Source: Auanema rhodensis
Taxonomy: Eukaryota > Animalia > Nematoda
Length of the DNA stretch: 64,000 nucleotides
Assembly: GCA_964057225.1 (NCBI GenBank)
Contig: OZ059898.1
Span: 11,656,001-11,720,000, forward strand
Direction: 5' to 3'
In this document: positions 11,958 through 26,775 of the stretch, piece after piece
Position numbering within the stretch: the first letter of the stretch is position 1
Layout of the letters: the number at the start of each line of letters is the position of its first letter
Program-made: the position numbers and the translations under genes
The notes under the pieces: generated by a model
The model's input: the letters and a program-made list of their open reading frames with translations, nothing else
Databases searched by the model: none
What the model was told of the DNA's origin: nothing

Positions 11958-14900
11958 GAGAAGAAAGAGGAAATGCTGTATGGGAGGGTGCGAACTGAAA
12001 ACCAAATTAATAGGTTCCCAACCCCACGTTTGCAATTGTTTAATAGCTTTTTAAATTTTATCTTGATCAAAGCAATCATCATCAACTCCTTTTTATACTT
12101 TTTGCCCTTATTTTCATGATATTTCAGGATGAGATGAGTGAAATTCGTGTGATATTTACTGTGATTCATTTGCTTCTCGTAGTACTTGGAGTTGTTAATA
12201 TTCTACTTATCGTTCTAATTGCTACAAAGCAGTAAGTTTGTCCAAGTTGTTTTTTAAATATTTCTTTTCGAGACCAAAATTTAAGTTTAAAAAAAAACAG
12301 ATTTGAAACAATCTTATCTTCAAAAGTAAAAAAAAAGAAAGATAAGTTGTTATATAGTTATAGTTGGTCTTAGCTAGAGTATTTCAAAAATAGTTTGTAT
12401 ATATACACATATATAGGCATAGTTATAGTAGTTATCTATGGATATTTGTTCATTTTCTCCTCGTTTTTCAGTTATTTACGATCAATCACAAACGTTTATA
12501 TGCTATGTCTTTGCTTAGCAGATTTTGTTTATCTGACAGCCTTATCTCTTGTTGCTACAACTGCGCTTAATAACCGTAGTTGGCCTTTTGGACAAGTTGT
12601 TTGTTCGTTATACTATGGAGCTGAAACAACAGGTTTTGTTTTCATTTTAATTCGTTTTTTATTTATTTTTTTTCGGAAGAAACACACAAAAAAAACGAAA
12701 TATACATATGTATATGTGTTAATCTCTGATACATAATGTGAGTGAGTGAGTGAGTAAGTAAGTGAGTGAGTGTGGTGCTGCTGCTACATAGTAGAAACAC
12801 ATTTTCTTTTTTGCTTGTTCAATTCTGACGCATTTACCAACGAAAACGACATGTGAGGTTGAAACGATTGAAGATTAATCAAAGATTTATTTAAAGAAAA
12901 AAAAAAAGAAAAGAAAAAGAAAAACATATTATTTCAGCTAAATATGCTTCTGTTTTATTCATTACACTGCTAGCTGCAGATCGTTATTTTGCTATATGTA
13001 AAAGTGAAGTAGCACGTGGATACAGGTAATATTATGATGTCATTTGATTCAAAATCAAATAATTCTTTTTCCTTTTTTTTTATCAGAAAAATGAAGGAAA
13101 TTTAGTCATTTTTAATATTTCTTTGAGCTGATATCATTGGACTCCAAATAGCAATTCGAAGAATTATTTGATGCTTGCATTTCCTGATTGATCACCTTTC
13201 GCAGTTAAAACTTGACGTTATATTATCCTAAAATAGAGTTTAAAATGATATTCCAAGATGATAGAAAAGAAAAAATAATATATATTTAACATTCAAACTA
13301 TATTGATACACATATAGTTAGTTATCATTTACAGAAATTATCATACAGCCATTGGTCTAAGTGTATCTGCTTGGATATGTGGAGCTGTTTTCAGCTTTCC
13401 ACTCTATTACTATGCTGAAACTGTAAGTAATTTATATTTAAAATTTATTAATTATATGTATTTTCTTATTTTAGAAATTATACAGAGTTAATAGAACTGA
13501 AGGAATAGTTGAGCATTCCGCCTGCACAGTTGCATGGCCAGATTCTCATACATCTGTTTAGTACGTTTTTTCATATTTTTATTTTTAGGTTCAAAATTTG
13601 AATTAACTTTAAAGTTTTAAAGGGAAAACTTGATTTTTTTTCAGTTACATCATTGCTTGCTCAATTCTCATTTATATTCTACCAGCTGTAATAGTAACAT
13701 TCTGTTATACAAGGGTTTATATCAAACTACGTGAACATATACGGGTAATTATCTTTTAATTTTTTTGAAAACTTTATAAAAAACTTTATATTTTAAGGGA
13801 TCACGACGATTAGTTCGTCAGAATTCATCTAGATATCGTCGAGTAACGGTAATGGTTCAACGTGTGGTACTATTCCATGTTATCTGTTGGTAAGCTTGTT
13901 TTCATCTGTCTCGTTAAGTTACAGCTCATAACAGAGCTTCTCTCTTGAGTTACAGCTCATAACAGAGCTTCTCTTTTGGAGGTGTAGCTCAAGAGAGAAA
14001 GAGAGGGAGAGCTAATCCCTTGGAAGTGTAGCTCTAGAGAGCGCTACTGCCTTTGTAAGTATAGCTCTAAAGTGAGCTACTCCCTCGGAGTTACAGCTTA
14101 AAACAGATCAGTGTTCTCAAACTCTTACACAAACATTTCGTTTCAGGACCCCATTTTGGGTATTTAATCTGTTATCAATAGTATTTGGTATTCGTGCCAG
14201 TACATTCTTTTTAAAAATATTTTTTAATATTCTACATCTATTACCTTATATCAATTGTGCTATTAACCCATTTCTATATGCTCATAGTGCTGAGAATTTT
14301 AGAAGAGCATTTCGAGAATTATTCTTCTGTTCATTCAGGTATGTATTATATATATAAATAATATTTGAAATTGACATCATACATTGGTTCTTATGAATAT
14401 CAAAAAAAAATTTTTTTGTTCTTCTTTTCAATTAGAAAAATTATTTTTTTAAAAATTATTTTAGACGTAATGGAATGACATCAGGTACTTCAGCCATAGA
14501 AACAAGAAATCCTAACTGCCGAGGAGCAACAAGCAGGTAATATCATACATTCTCATAATATTTCTTGTATTTAGAATCATTTTCTCTCTTTTTTTCCATC
14601 TCTCTCTCTATCTCTCTCTCTCTCTTTATATTTAGAACTTTACCCCCAATTTTGATTACTTAGAAATGGAAAAATCGTTTGAGACTTCGATCATTTTCAC
14701 TCTTCTGTCGTTTGAAAAATCTTTCAAATTTCCTCTTTTTCCTTCAGTTTCTTCCCCTTTTCCTTATCGCCCAACGTCGATGTTTTAATTGAATGAAATT
14801 ACAAGTGCGATATGTTATCATTCCGGAATTCCAGAACTTCCTGTTGTCATCGTTTAGATTCTCAATCACTTCCTCCCTCCAGCTTTACTTCATTTGTTTC

Positions 14901-15173
14901 TTCTTCTATATCTATCTTCTCACATGTTCATATTTCTTCTTCTCATTCCTCAAGTGAACAAAAATTGAAATTTCTTCGTATTTTCTGGTAATAAGCAACT
15001 TCTTCATCTTCCATTTCAGCCGGCTCGAAACATCAAATGCATTACTGAGTGCAGATGGCCGTAACGTAATCGTTCCTGTGGAATCGCTGTCCATATATGT
15101 CGCTGAAGCTGAAGCGACGCATAATGAATCTGTCGAGCCGAACAAAGATGTGTGGGTGGTTTCGACTTCTTGA
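10945..15173 (+). CDS. Class A neuropeptide GPCR, somatostatin/allatostatin-C receptor-like (npr-16/24/32 type)
   Basis: Spliced exons from 12128 give DEMSEIRVIFTVIHLLLVVLGVVNILLIVLIATKHYLRSITNVYMLCLCLADFVYL..SWPFGQVVC..LLAADRYFAIC..CTVAWP..LPAVIVTFCY..VICWTPFW..LPYINCAINPFLYA..ENFRRAF. All seven TM segments are present with TN-Y, LAD, DRY, CWxP and NPxxY motifs. The first exon (10945-11013) is tentative and needs a GC donor; the last exon (15020-15173) is probable. Confidence 0.85.
13917..14109. repeat. Intronic minisatellite of ~31-33-bp palindromic units (about 5.5 copies)
   Basis: Units start at 13917, 13948, 13980, 14024, 14057 and 14089. The core is AGCTC-N6-GAGCT, and unit 3 has a GA expansion in its loop. 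Confidence 0.9.
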
Positions 15174-15836
15174 GAAGTTTAGCAGACGGGCTCCAATCAT
15201 TTAATTGGATGACAGCAAAAGCGTTTATCAGAGTACAAAATTATTCTTTGATGTCTTGCAACAGCACTAGCAGATTCATAGCTTCTAATATGTTTGACAT
15301 ACGTTTTTCCCATCCTTCTTCTTTTACAAGCTTTTTCTTCGTCTATGTCTTTCCAAACATTGTTTCTATCTACATGTTAGGTGAAGGATTTTCATTTCTC
15401 CAGAATTTCCTCTTCTTCATTTTCTTCGTCATTCGTGTTCTGTGAACATCTTAACACAACATAACATCTTGAAAATAGCTCATCAGTCAATTTTCAATCA
15501 AAACAGATCTCAAATTAGCAGAAGAAATAGAAGAAAGCGAGAATTGAAATGATGCCATTGTCGTCATTGTTGCCCATAAAGTTGGCCTCCGTTGTCATAC
15601 GAAAGAGATTGTTGTTTCATCTCTCATCATTAACCTCTTTATATGTATATATGTATGTATAACTATATGGAGATTCTGCGTAAAATGTCACGACGATGAG
15701 TTCTGAACTTCAATTTTCAGATGACAACAGCCACTCGTGACGTCAAAGACCACACATTTTCTATGATCATCTCATGTGTGTTTCCTGATTTCAAAAATAT
15801 CTCGGTGTTCCATAATTCTCCGGCTTTCTTTCATCT

Positions 15837-15875
<39 letters not shown>

Positions 15876-17261
15876 CTCTACCGACCTACCTACCTAAACA
15901 GCTTTTAGTTCTGTGATTATTTTAGTTTTTCCTTTATCCCTCTATAGTTCCTTCCTAAATTATAGGATATTCAGTCCTTTTCCCCCACTCAATCCATCAA
16001 ATTTCTAGTAATTCGTATCCCCGTGTATGATTGTGATAGATCCATGTATCTCAGTGCATCTTATGAATCAAGAATGAAGAAACAGTTCAGTGTGTATGTA
16101 TGTGTGTGTGTATGTGTGCTCAGTAGCTGTGTGCTCATTAAGTAGGATCTCCCATATTCTCTTCATTTGCAGCTACAAAAGCTTAGATTTTATTTTTTCC
16201 TTGTTTTCACTTTCATATAATCGGTTTCACTTGGTTATTTTTTGTGTGAGTAAGTGAGTGTGTGAGTGTAATTACATGTGTTGTGTGCGTATAAGCTATA
16301 GTACGGGGGTGATGTTGCCAGACTGTGCAAAAAATCCATTTTTTTTGTCTCAAATGCTACTATTTTTAAATTTATTATTATTATTATTATTATATTTATA
16401 TGAATTTATCAATTATATATTTTTATTAATTATTATGTATTATATGTACCATTTTACTATGTACTGTGGTGAAAAAGTATAAGAAATAGCGAGGAACGCA
16501 GAAAAAAATATGAAAAATATGAAGAAAATGAAATAAAACAAAAAGAAAAGAAAAAAAAAGAAATATATCTAATGTGGAATAGTCAAAACAAAAATTATGG
16601 ATTTTATTTCATGAAAGTTCTTTGCCAGTATTTTATAACAAAGAGAACACCCGTATTTAAATAAATCCCAGTAGGTTTTTGCGATAACAACATGTCAGTA
16701 AAGAAAATAAAACAAATAAGGACACAAAAAGGTTAAGGACAATGAATATATTGTAAGAAAATAAGGATAAGATCAATTGTTATATGACAAACATATTGGT
16801 TTCGAATCTATTTTTGCTTTTATTTTATTTTTCTTCTTTTTTGTTTTAAATTAGAGTCAGAAAAATACTTAAATCAAGTTTAACTTTAACGAGTTTCAGT
16901 TGTATCGTATGAGAGAGAGAGAGAGAGAGAGGGGAATAAAGAGAAGGAGAGAGAAAGGAAGAGATAGAGAGAAGTGGGCGAGCACAAAGTAAGCGGGTGT
17001 CTTATGTGTGTATGCATATAGTTATAACTCAACATCATTTGAATCATGTCTATTCACAAAAATATTATATTCTTGTTTCACAAAACAAAAATATGGAAAA
17101 GTAGGAAAGATAAAAGTTTCAAGTTTTAATAGGTTTAAACATATATGTTTCATATTTTTGTCATGAACCGTCGTGTGAGCAAGCCCGTCACAATGAATCC
17201 CGCGTCTTAACTTATGTTTAACACTGAATCAGAAATTATTTGACATATCATATATGAAGAG

Positions 17262-17264
<3 letters not shown>

Positions 17265-17324
<60 letters not shown>
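17265..17324. repeat. (GA)n microsatellite just downstream of the gap-1 stop
   Basis: Read directly from the sequence. Confidence 0.95.
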
Positions 17325-17325
<1 letters not shown>

Positions 17326-17397
17326 ATGTTTGTTTGAGAAGGAAATTCAAATGAAATTACCACTAAGGGAATGAGGTAGGACTAAAGGAATCAACAA

Positions 17398-20300
17398 TCA
17401 GCTCAATTGCAGTTTTCGATTTAACAACATGTAGTTTTCTGCTCCAATAGGATTCTCTTTCGTTCCACGTTCTTTAGAGATCTGAAATAAAATAAAAATA
17501 TATTTTGTATGTGATTGATGAATAGATTTTGAATATTTTGTTTGAGAAGACATTATTCTGAAGTCAATTTCACTGTCTCATTTCTACTCTTATCTTCCAT
17601 TTGCAGCAGATATTGTATTGTGTTGCCCCTAGTGTATCTTTTGAAATGTCTATCAATCGTATAAAAACATTTGGAAACAAAGAAAAGAATTTTATGGACC
17701 AAATGGATATTCAACTCATTAAAATGTCTTTTTGACATTCGTATAGCTAAATAGACATAGAAATGAATGAAAAAGAACGTCTTCAATACAACATCTCTTC
17801 ACCAAATCTCTAACGTAATACAAGGAAAAACCTTCACGTGATGAAGTATTAAGCACACATCCACATATTCAACTCCCACGCTAGCACGTGCAAATGGGTT
17901 TTTTGTCTTCAAAGTACACACAAGTGCATATCTTCAGCTTTGTGGCTTTTCTTCTCAGCAAAGCTTACAAGTGTTCGGATTCACGCCAATCAGCTATGAA
18001 GTAGAGATTAGGAGTCACGATATCAATGTGTTTTCATTCATCCATATCATCGAATCATTCGTTGTTTCACTGTATTGAATATCTTCACTTCCTCCCCCTC
18101 CTCTCATATGATGAGCAATAGGTTGGACGTCTAAGCGGAAGAAGAAAATATTTTGATAACCATCATTCTCATTTGAAGTTCTTAGTCTTTCGTTTTTCAA
18201 TAAAAATTGGAAGCAAAATGAAGGCTTTTCACTTCTAGTACGTTTAGAAGGCGGAGGCAAGTGAGAAAGAGAGAGGGGCTGGTGTGAGGGTCATATTTGG
18301 AAAATATTAATGACACTTTTCAGAGGGCAAAATAGAGATTTCTTCTTTTCATTTCATCAATATTTCATAATTTGAAAAGCAAAAAAAGGATTCAATATCT
18401 GTGTGTGAATTCTGAATTTGCAGGTAAAACGGTTAGAACTAAACATAGATGAGAAGAGAGGGAGCGAGAGGGGGAGCGAACGAATAAATGTATATTTTTC
18501 TAAAAGTTGAAGTTTTAAAGTTCAAAAAAAAAGTTGTAAGTTCTATGTCTACAAATCGTTTTAACCAAAATAATGAAAATATATGTTTGTTATCTTATTA
18601 CAATATTATAGAACTAAGTATTTAGAGATTGTAAGCAAACTGTGCAAGCTCAAGGCTGCAATAAGCCCAGCAATACTGTCTCAATCTTGCAATTTTGCAA
18701 ATGATTTTGTAAAAATATTTTTTTATACTTTCAAAAGACTTAAGGCTTTCTCTATTGGTTTTAATTCAAATGCAATTATTACATACCGTGTTTATATATT
18801 TTTCAATAGCTTCTTGATGAGCTGTTTCAATTGTATAAATGGCACTTAATACTTGAGTAAGGGTTGATGAGAGTAACGTTCGATGCTTTTCACGATCTTC
18901 TGGCTGCAATGACAACGATAAATAAATTTATTTCTGATGAAAAGTTTTCATTCACGGTTCTTAAATCGAAATTTAAGAGCGAAAATGAGTTCAATTGAAT
19001 GCAACTGGCGTACCGATAAATGATTTCCTTCGAGTGCAGGAGGTAGAGGGATACTAGTTGATGGTAATGATTCCGTCGTGGAAGAGCTTGATTGCTCCTC
19101 ATTCTCCAATGTTGCTTTCCAAGCTGTCAAGTTATTCAGATGCTCAAGCAATAATACCTAAACAGCATTTGTATCATTACAATCACATCTGTATGCTTTC
19201 AGTATTTTCAGAGATACAGCAAAATCAACAACAACAACAACAACAACTGAAACTCACATGTATAGATTCCATTTCTCGTTCAAAATCGCTGTCAAACAGG
19301 TCGCACAGCTCTGACTTTGATGTTAGTCGTCTAGCTCGGGCTCTTTGCTTATCAATAATGGTATACCTATCATATAAAATATAAATAGTAATAAGCTCAA
19401 ATCAATAAATTACCAATCATTTGCTTCAATTATAGAGTTACAAGCAAAAGCTATATCTTCATCATTAACTGTCTTAACAACAAGAATATTTTTATTTTCC
19501 AATGTTATTGCCTTGATGTCTGTCAAGGCTATAGTTCCTTTGGGATCAAGATCACCTTCAAAATGAATGTTCACAAACATAATCATTCAATACTATACCT
19601 CGATGACTTTTCTGCCAAATAATTTCCATATCAGTTAAGATAACATAACGCTTTTTCTGATGAAGCATCTTTCTCCATGCCGGCCTAGCTCCACTTCTTG
19701 TCTCAATCAGATATCTATAAAAGTAAATAATTCAAAAAGATTTTCATTCCATTTTAATTAATAATAATATTTTTTATTTTGTATTTTTTTGTTTAATATT
19801 TGAATCACGTGAATTAGAATATAACGTGAGAATGTTAGATACACGTGAGAATCACGTCAAAATGTCTTGACGTCTATGTATGATTTCATTTGACGTGTCA
19901 TATTTTCAAATAAGCGGTTGCATTTATTGAATAATTTCTAAAATTATAGTTATAAATCTTTTAAGCTATTTCAATAGTTAAGTAATTCTGCAAATAAAGG
20001 TCCTATTTCGAATTTTTTTTGTCTAACTATACGTTTTGTTTTTTCTTAGAAATGTGCTCACCCTTCTTTTAGAACCACGATACTGTCTGAGCTACTACAT
20101 GATTCATTGGAATAAAGTGAAATTCTATCCAAAAATCGAACCATTTCACATCGATGTCGATCATCAGTTACACGAGTTAGTATCTCTGTGAGCCACGGTT
20201 CCTAGAAAATGTCATATAAACTATACTAAACATGCTATAATCAAGTTTACACATACACACATCTATACTCAAATAGCTGTAGAGACAAGAGAAAAAAATG

Positions 20301-23178
20301 CTTTTTATTCTCAAAAAGAATGTTTTATGCTTAGGAAAAGACATTTTATGTGAAAATCAGTAGTATCTGTTGTAGAATATACCTTAGTGCTAAGAGACTG
20401 GTCATTCACGCAGCTGTTCGATAGACGCTGAAGCATTTTCGACAGAAGAAGTAATGTTCTGGATACACGCGAATCCTACAAACAAAACAGTATTGTTAGA
20501 TTCAGAATAAGAAACATGAAATGTTTTCCCTTTTTTTCATGTTTTTGAACGTTTTTTGCTCATTCAATTTCAAATATATTCATTCTCTTATGCTTATATG
20601 TATACTGTACTTACTGGAGAATCTCGTTTTAGTCCAAAATGCTTTGGGTTAAGTATGGCTGCAGCAAAAAACCGCATGATTAAGAAAGAAGACAAAGCCA
20701 GACGTTCAACATCAATACGTCCTGAAAAAATTTTTTTTTGGTAATAAGAACCATGATTTGCGTTCATATTTACCTATCTTCTCAGCGACAACGTTACGTA
20801 AGTCAGCTAAAATATTTTTAATTGGTAAAGGGCATCTTGAAACACTATCCATCAGTCGATTAAAAATCATTTGGAAATATTGAAGAAGTTGAGCCTAAAA
20901 ATATCCAATTCACTAATATTCTTCAATTGTAAATTATTGTAACTTTCTTGATTTAAAACTTAAAATTTGCACATTTGATATCAACCAGTAATTTAAGATT
21001 TACATCCAACCCCTCCTCCCACTCATCTCTCTCTTTCTCTCTCTCTCTCTTTCCCTCTCTCTCTTTCCGTTTTTTTTGTTGTTAGAATTCAAGTTCCCTC
21101 GTGTTAACCCATCTTCTTCACCATCAGTATCTAGACCCCCAATGTTCGCAGTATCAGTACAGTGAGCGAAACAGAAAGAAAACGATGAAAATCACTTTTT
21201 CATCTTCACAGCTTTATTTGTTGAAAAATAAACTTATTTTGGATGATTTTTATGTCCTGTCGACAAGAAAATCATATTATGCTTTAGCAAAAGCTAACAC
21301 AAGAAGCCGCATTTACTACTCTCATCATCGTATTTGAAAAAAAAAATAAATAAATTGCTCAATACTCAACGGAATTTGATGAAAATATTGAGAAGAAAAA
21401 ATTATTTATCTCCAAATGCAAAAAAAAAACGGCAGAGTTCCTGATGATGAAAGACGACTTTTAGCCAATATCTAACATCTAATTACAGTAAATATTGAAA
21501 AACACAATTCAATTATTTATGATGAAGATTTAGTTGTCATTCTCCCCTTTTTCTATTTGAATTGAAAGAAAATAAAGAAGAAGAAGAAGAAGAAGACCAT
21601 GATTATTCCTTTCTTTTTTCATTTTTTTTGTATTCAATTTGACTGGCTATTTCACACAGACAACTAGACATCGTATGAGAATGGTTGAGCTGTGTTAGGG
21701 GCGACATGAGGAAGATAGCTAGAAAGGCAGGGAGAGGGGCAAGACATGCAACTGCAGTAGCTAGCTAGTTCCCACTCACTATCCTCCTCTTCCTTCCTTT
21801 TTCCTTCTTCTCTTCTTTCCCTAGCAAGTCAACCAGCAGACATGTATATGCACACATACACACACACAGACACAAACAGATGGAAAAGTTAAAGTTCAAC
21901 CCACGCAAAAGGCAAATATATCATAAGTATACAATACAAAAGCTTAAAGAAGTTATCTAGATAGAGACAGATTAAAAACTGTCTGTTTCAATTATCTATT
22001 GTATTTGAAACTTCTTTGTCTTCTTTACTTTTTCAATTAGCTTTTTGTCTTTCATTTTTCTGTTTTTCAATACAAATGAAAAAGCGATAGAGACGTTAAA
22101 AGCTCTTCAAACCCAGCTATTGAGTTTTGGTATTTGAAATTTCGTAAATGAGAAGGAAAAAATGAATTTTTCTTCACCCATTCATTCATTTTTTTTGCCG
22201 GTTAACAAGAAAAGAAACAGATTCAAAACTAACCGAATTCTTCTCGACACTTTCACCTTGATTAACACGAGCTGGATCTATTTCGCAACATTTACGTTCT
22301 CTATATATCTGAAAATGGATGAAATTTAGTTTTTCATCATTTAAATATAACATTATTTATATATTTTAAGATATATATGTATAGCTATATGTATATAAAA
22401 CTCTTACAAACCTTATCAATAACAGGCTTTAGGGTGACTAGCAAATATGAATGACCGTATATCTTTAATAACTCATAAAGCATTTTACTGGCTAATGTCT
22501 GGCTACGGAATAATGTGTTATAATCTCTGAAAATTGAAATAAATAAATAATAATACTAATAATAATGGATTTTCTATAAAATCATATAAAATCTTTTCGA
22601 TAGCATCATCAGCAAAACATTGAATTCGTAAAAAATTGACAAAATTTTGTATGTACTTACTGGCATTTCTGAATATCAGCTATGTATAGAGCGACAAGAA
22701 GCGGCCTGAGATGCCTTGAATATGCAAAAGTTTGAACTAATGGACGTGATAATAGACCGAGATCAACCTATAAGAATAAATTTTTGAACTAAAATCATGA
22801 AACTACTTGCTCATGAGCCTAATGAGCATTTTAATTACTTACTTTGGGTAAGTTTTCCATTATCGATATTATACTGGCAGAAAATGGATCAACTGTTAAA
22901 GATGAAGCCAATAATGACATCAATGGCCTGGAAAATTTGATCTGATATTCTTACACTTATGATGTCCGAAGATATCAAAAGAAATCAATAGCTTACAGCA
23001 TTCTTCATATTTCAAATGGGAAAAATGCTCAAAAACCTCGTTACTAAAGTTAATGGTCTTCTATCAAAAACCGGAAACGATCGTAAAAGAAGTTGATTAC
23101 AATACAAAAGAAAAATGAATATTTCATATTATGTAAGTAATTATTAAGGTTATGAAATAGAAAGCTAGTATCCACAAT

Positions 23179-23220
<42 letters not shown>

Positions 23221-24976
23221 GTGAGCCGTGGGAGGAGACAAGGTGTAGAAATCGTGTATGACAGTATCAAACAAATCTAATTGCACAATTGTTTCAATCT
23301 GATTCGTTGTAGATCTAGGAAAGATGCAGTTATCAAGGGCAATTTCAGGGCTTCTTTCATATTGTTGTGCTGTTCCTTCGTCGTCTCCCTTTCTAAGCTA
23401 TACATTGGAAATAAGATATGAATGAAATAAAGGATTTTGATATATACATAGGGAGAGAGAGAGAAAGAGAGAAAGAGAGAGAGATACATCTGATATATCT
23501 ATATAGATGTATGCATATATGCAATCATATTTAAAAGAAAAAACAATAAAAGAAAAAAAAAACAATGAAGACGAATGGGGTTGAGTTTGAAACGAAAAGT
23601 TTTGAGCTTCTACCAAGATATTAAAAGGTTTTTTTTCTTTCTTTCTTTCTTTATTCTTCTTCTTCTTCTTTTTTTGTGAATACAAATCGATAGAAGCAGT
23701 GAAAGAATGAAGCTGATTAGCTAATAAGATAAGAAATATTAAAAAAAACAGAAGAATTTGTAGGTGAAATGAAATATGTGAAGACTTTTTATGTCATGTA
23801 CTTGTCTTGAACGCACACATCGCGATTTCCGGGGCAAGATGTAAGGAACGAGAAAAAGCAGAGAGATCGAGAAATTGAGATGAGCGAACACGAGGAAGCT
23901 GCTGAAGATAAGTTACCGGAAATGCTGATATATATCATTACGAAGTATGCGTATAAGAGATAAGCAGCACGTGCACCTTATGATATGCATCATATCTCCA
24001 ACCTGATGAGATTGGTACTAAGGAATCTCATGCATTTTACGTTTTACAACTTAATGCACACATGTGATTGCAGAGATACAGAAAGAATTGTAGTAGATGA
24101 ATACAAAAGGGGACAGAAGATAGTTTGATTTGATTTAATTAGACGACGATGATGATGATCATCATCATGTTAAATGTGTTTTTCTTGCCCAAATGAACCT
24201 TGCACATTACAGTCCGAAATGGGAAGAATATCGTAGGACGAGAGGAAACAATTCGATGTGAGGCTGTTTCAAACCACAAAGCCATAAACTTCTGTTGAAG
24301 TGCACACCCGGAAGGGTATTGCACTTCGATCTGCACTTGTGAAGTTGCTAGAGGTGGATGGGGTGGTGGGGAAGATCTCGACTTATATCGTGATAACAGA
24401 AGTGTTTCAGACATGATGATATTCTTCTTCGTTTTCTTTTATTAGCTTACATTTATGATCATTTATATGTACTTTCTGGAGAAATATACATAACAATCAG
24501 ATTATATGTATAATTAGCATAGTTAATATTATTTCCAGAATATTATATATATATAAGTGATAATACTAACAGTAAAATCAGATAGGATAATGTGCTTTGC
24601 AGAAAAATATCTTTCACGGACAGCTGTATAACAAGCAAGACGAAATGACATTCAATGAGATATCGGTCTCCGCCCTCGTCCAGCTGTTCAAATGTGGAAA
24701 TATTGAAAAACTTGTATAATATGGAGAGCAGATTGTGCTGATAAGATCAGTTTCAAAAGTCGTTTCAAGGAGAAAGAAAAAAGCAAAATATCGAAGTTTT
24801 GAAAAGCCATTGAGATACGAAAGAAAAATATAAACAATAGGATAAGCTCAAGCTAAAAAGGAGGCGTAAAAAAACTGAGAAGAATAGATGAATGGGACAA
24901 GGCGAGGGTGGAGCAGATATTTGAGCAGGATAAACAGAACAAAAGGTTTGTTAAAGATGAATAGCAAGAAATATAT

Positions 24977-25041
<65 letters not shown>

Positions 25042-25912
25042 GAGAACTAAATATAAAAATATACATATACATATATCTAAAGAGATAAAAATATTTTGAA
25101 ATAGAAAGAGAGAAAACAAAAAGAAATAATCAACTCACTGATAGACTTCCGCTGAAAACACATGGTCAGCCGTGTACGTTATGAGCAGCTTAGCCTAGAA
25201 TTTCATGTATATAAAAATTTTTTTGTTTATTTAGACTATTTGTTTAAAAAAATTGAACAAGGGTGATATGTAATATTATAAAAAAAAGAAATAAAAATAA
25301 CTCATAAAAATCTGAATATACATTCGTATATACATGGATATGTGCTAATAATAACTTTTCTTTGTTATGTCCCCCCCCCTCCATTCCCTCCCAACCTCCC
25401 ACTTTCCTCATTTTCTCTCTCTATGTCTTTCTCTATTATTTCTACTCTTTTCTCTTTATTTTAATTGTATAATTATAAATTATTATTTGTTTTCAAAATT
25501 TTTGTCAAAATATATAATAAGACTAAAAATAAATGAAAAAGGCATCATAATATTAGCAGATAGATTAACTAACTAGTAGCTAACTAAACTAACAGAATCA
25601 CTCACTCACTCACTCACTCATTCACTAACAGACATAATCTATGAAACTCTAACTGAATAAGAATTTCATTCTATTGTTCAGAAAAACTCAAACAGTAGTG
25701 TGGAATAGATAATGTTCAATCTGCTATGGATTTTGTGACAAACCCTCCAAAAGACGTCCCGTTTTCCATGAATAGGACCGATGTTGAAATAGAAAAAGAA
25801 AAACTTTCAAAAATTATAACAAGTGAATAGGAATGAGAATTTCGAAAGAAAAATAATTGAATTCAGAAAAAAATCTTAGATATTGAGGGAGTCAGTGAGA
25901 GAGAGACAGAGA

Positions 25913-25948
<36 letters not shown>

Positions 25949-26728
25949 TAGACAGTGAACATGCTTTGTTGTGTGCTCGTTCATCTTTACAAACAGCATA
26001 TTAGCAGAAAATAATAAGAAAATGATTTTGAACTAAACGAATATGTCAGAAGGACTTACCTCTCCCAGAGACGGATTTATAGTACTTTCAGTTCGTTCAG
26101 CCACTTTCGTTTCGCCTTCTTTGACATCAGAACTGCTAGGACGTAAATAGAACCATTTGGTTGGACCATTAGTCCATTTATCATCTACATCAACGCTTAA
26201 AATATTAAATTTATATTAATATATCCAGTTTTTATAAAGAAAAAAACATTTTAAAGTTGATAAACAACATAATTGATAAGATGTTGTTAATGATGATCAG
26301 TGTGTAGGTTATTTCATTAAATATATTTCAACAACATGTCTGGATTACTCTTGACTAGCCAATCGGAAGTAAATTCGAAATGACAGGAAAAAAAAATTTT
26401 TTTTTTGGAACATTTCCAAAAACGAATAGATTGAATAAAACTGAGAGGAAAAAAGATAGAGAATGGGAATTAGGGAGAATAAGAAAGAACGGGGCAAAGG
26501 CCAAGAGAAGGCATAAAGAGAGGGGGAACAGATAGAGTAGGCAAGGGGGCAGTAATGGAGCGAATAGAGAGGTTGGTGTGGTAGGCCTGGAATAAATTGC
26601 GTAGGCGTTTAGTACTTCAAGTTTTATTATTCAAATGTTATTTAAAATCAATTAACAAGTTCATGGTTAAAGATGAAGCTATTTGGAGTACTTTGGAAAT
26701 TGCATCAAATATATATTGTTATTCTTTC

Positions 26729-26775
<47 letters not shown>

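Noticed and set aside
13917-14109. CRISPR-like appearance of the palindromic array
   Set aside because: It lies in a eukaryotic intron, has no spacer-length unique sequences and has no cas genes nearby.
17553-18260. Possible transposon remnant in the last gap-1 intron
   Set aside because: The frames are broken by stops and no diagnostic transposase motif or terminus was found.
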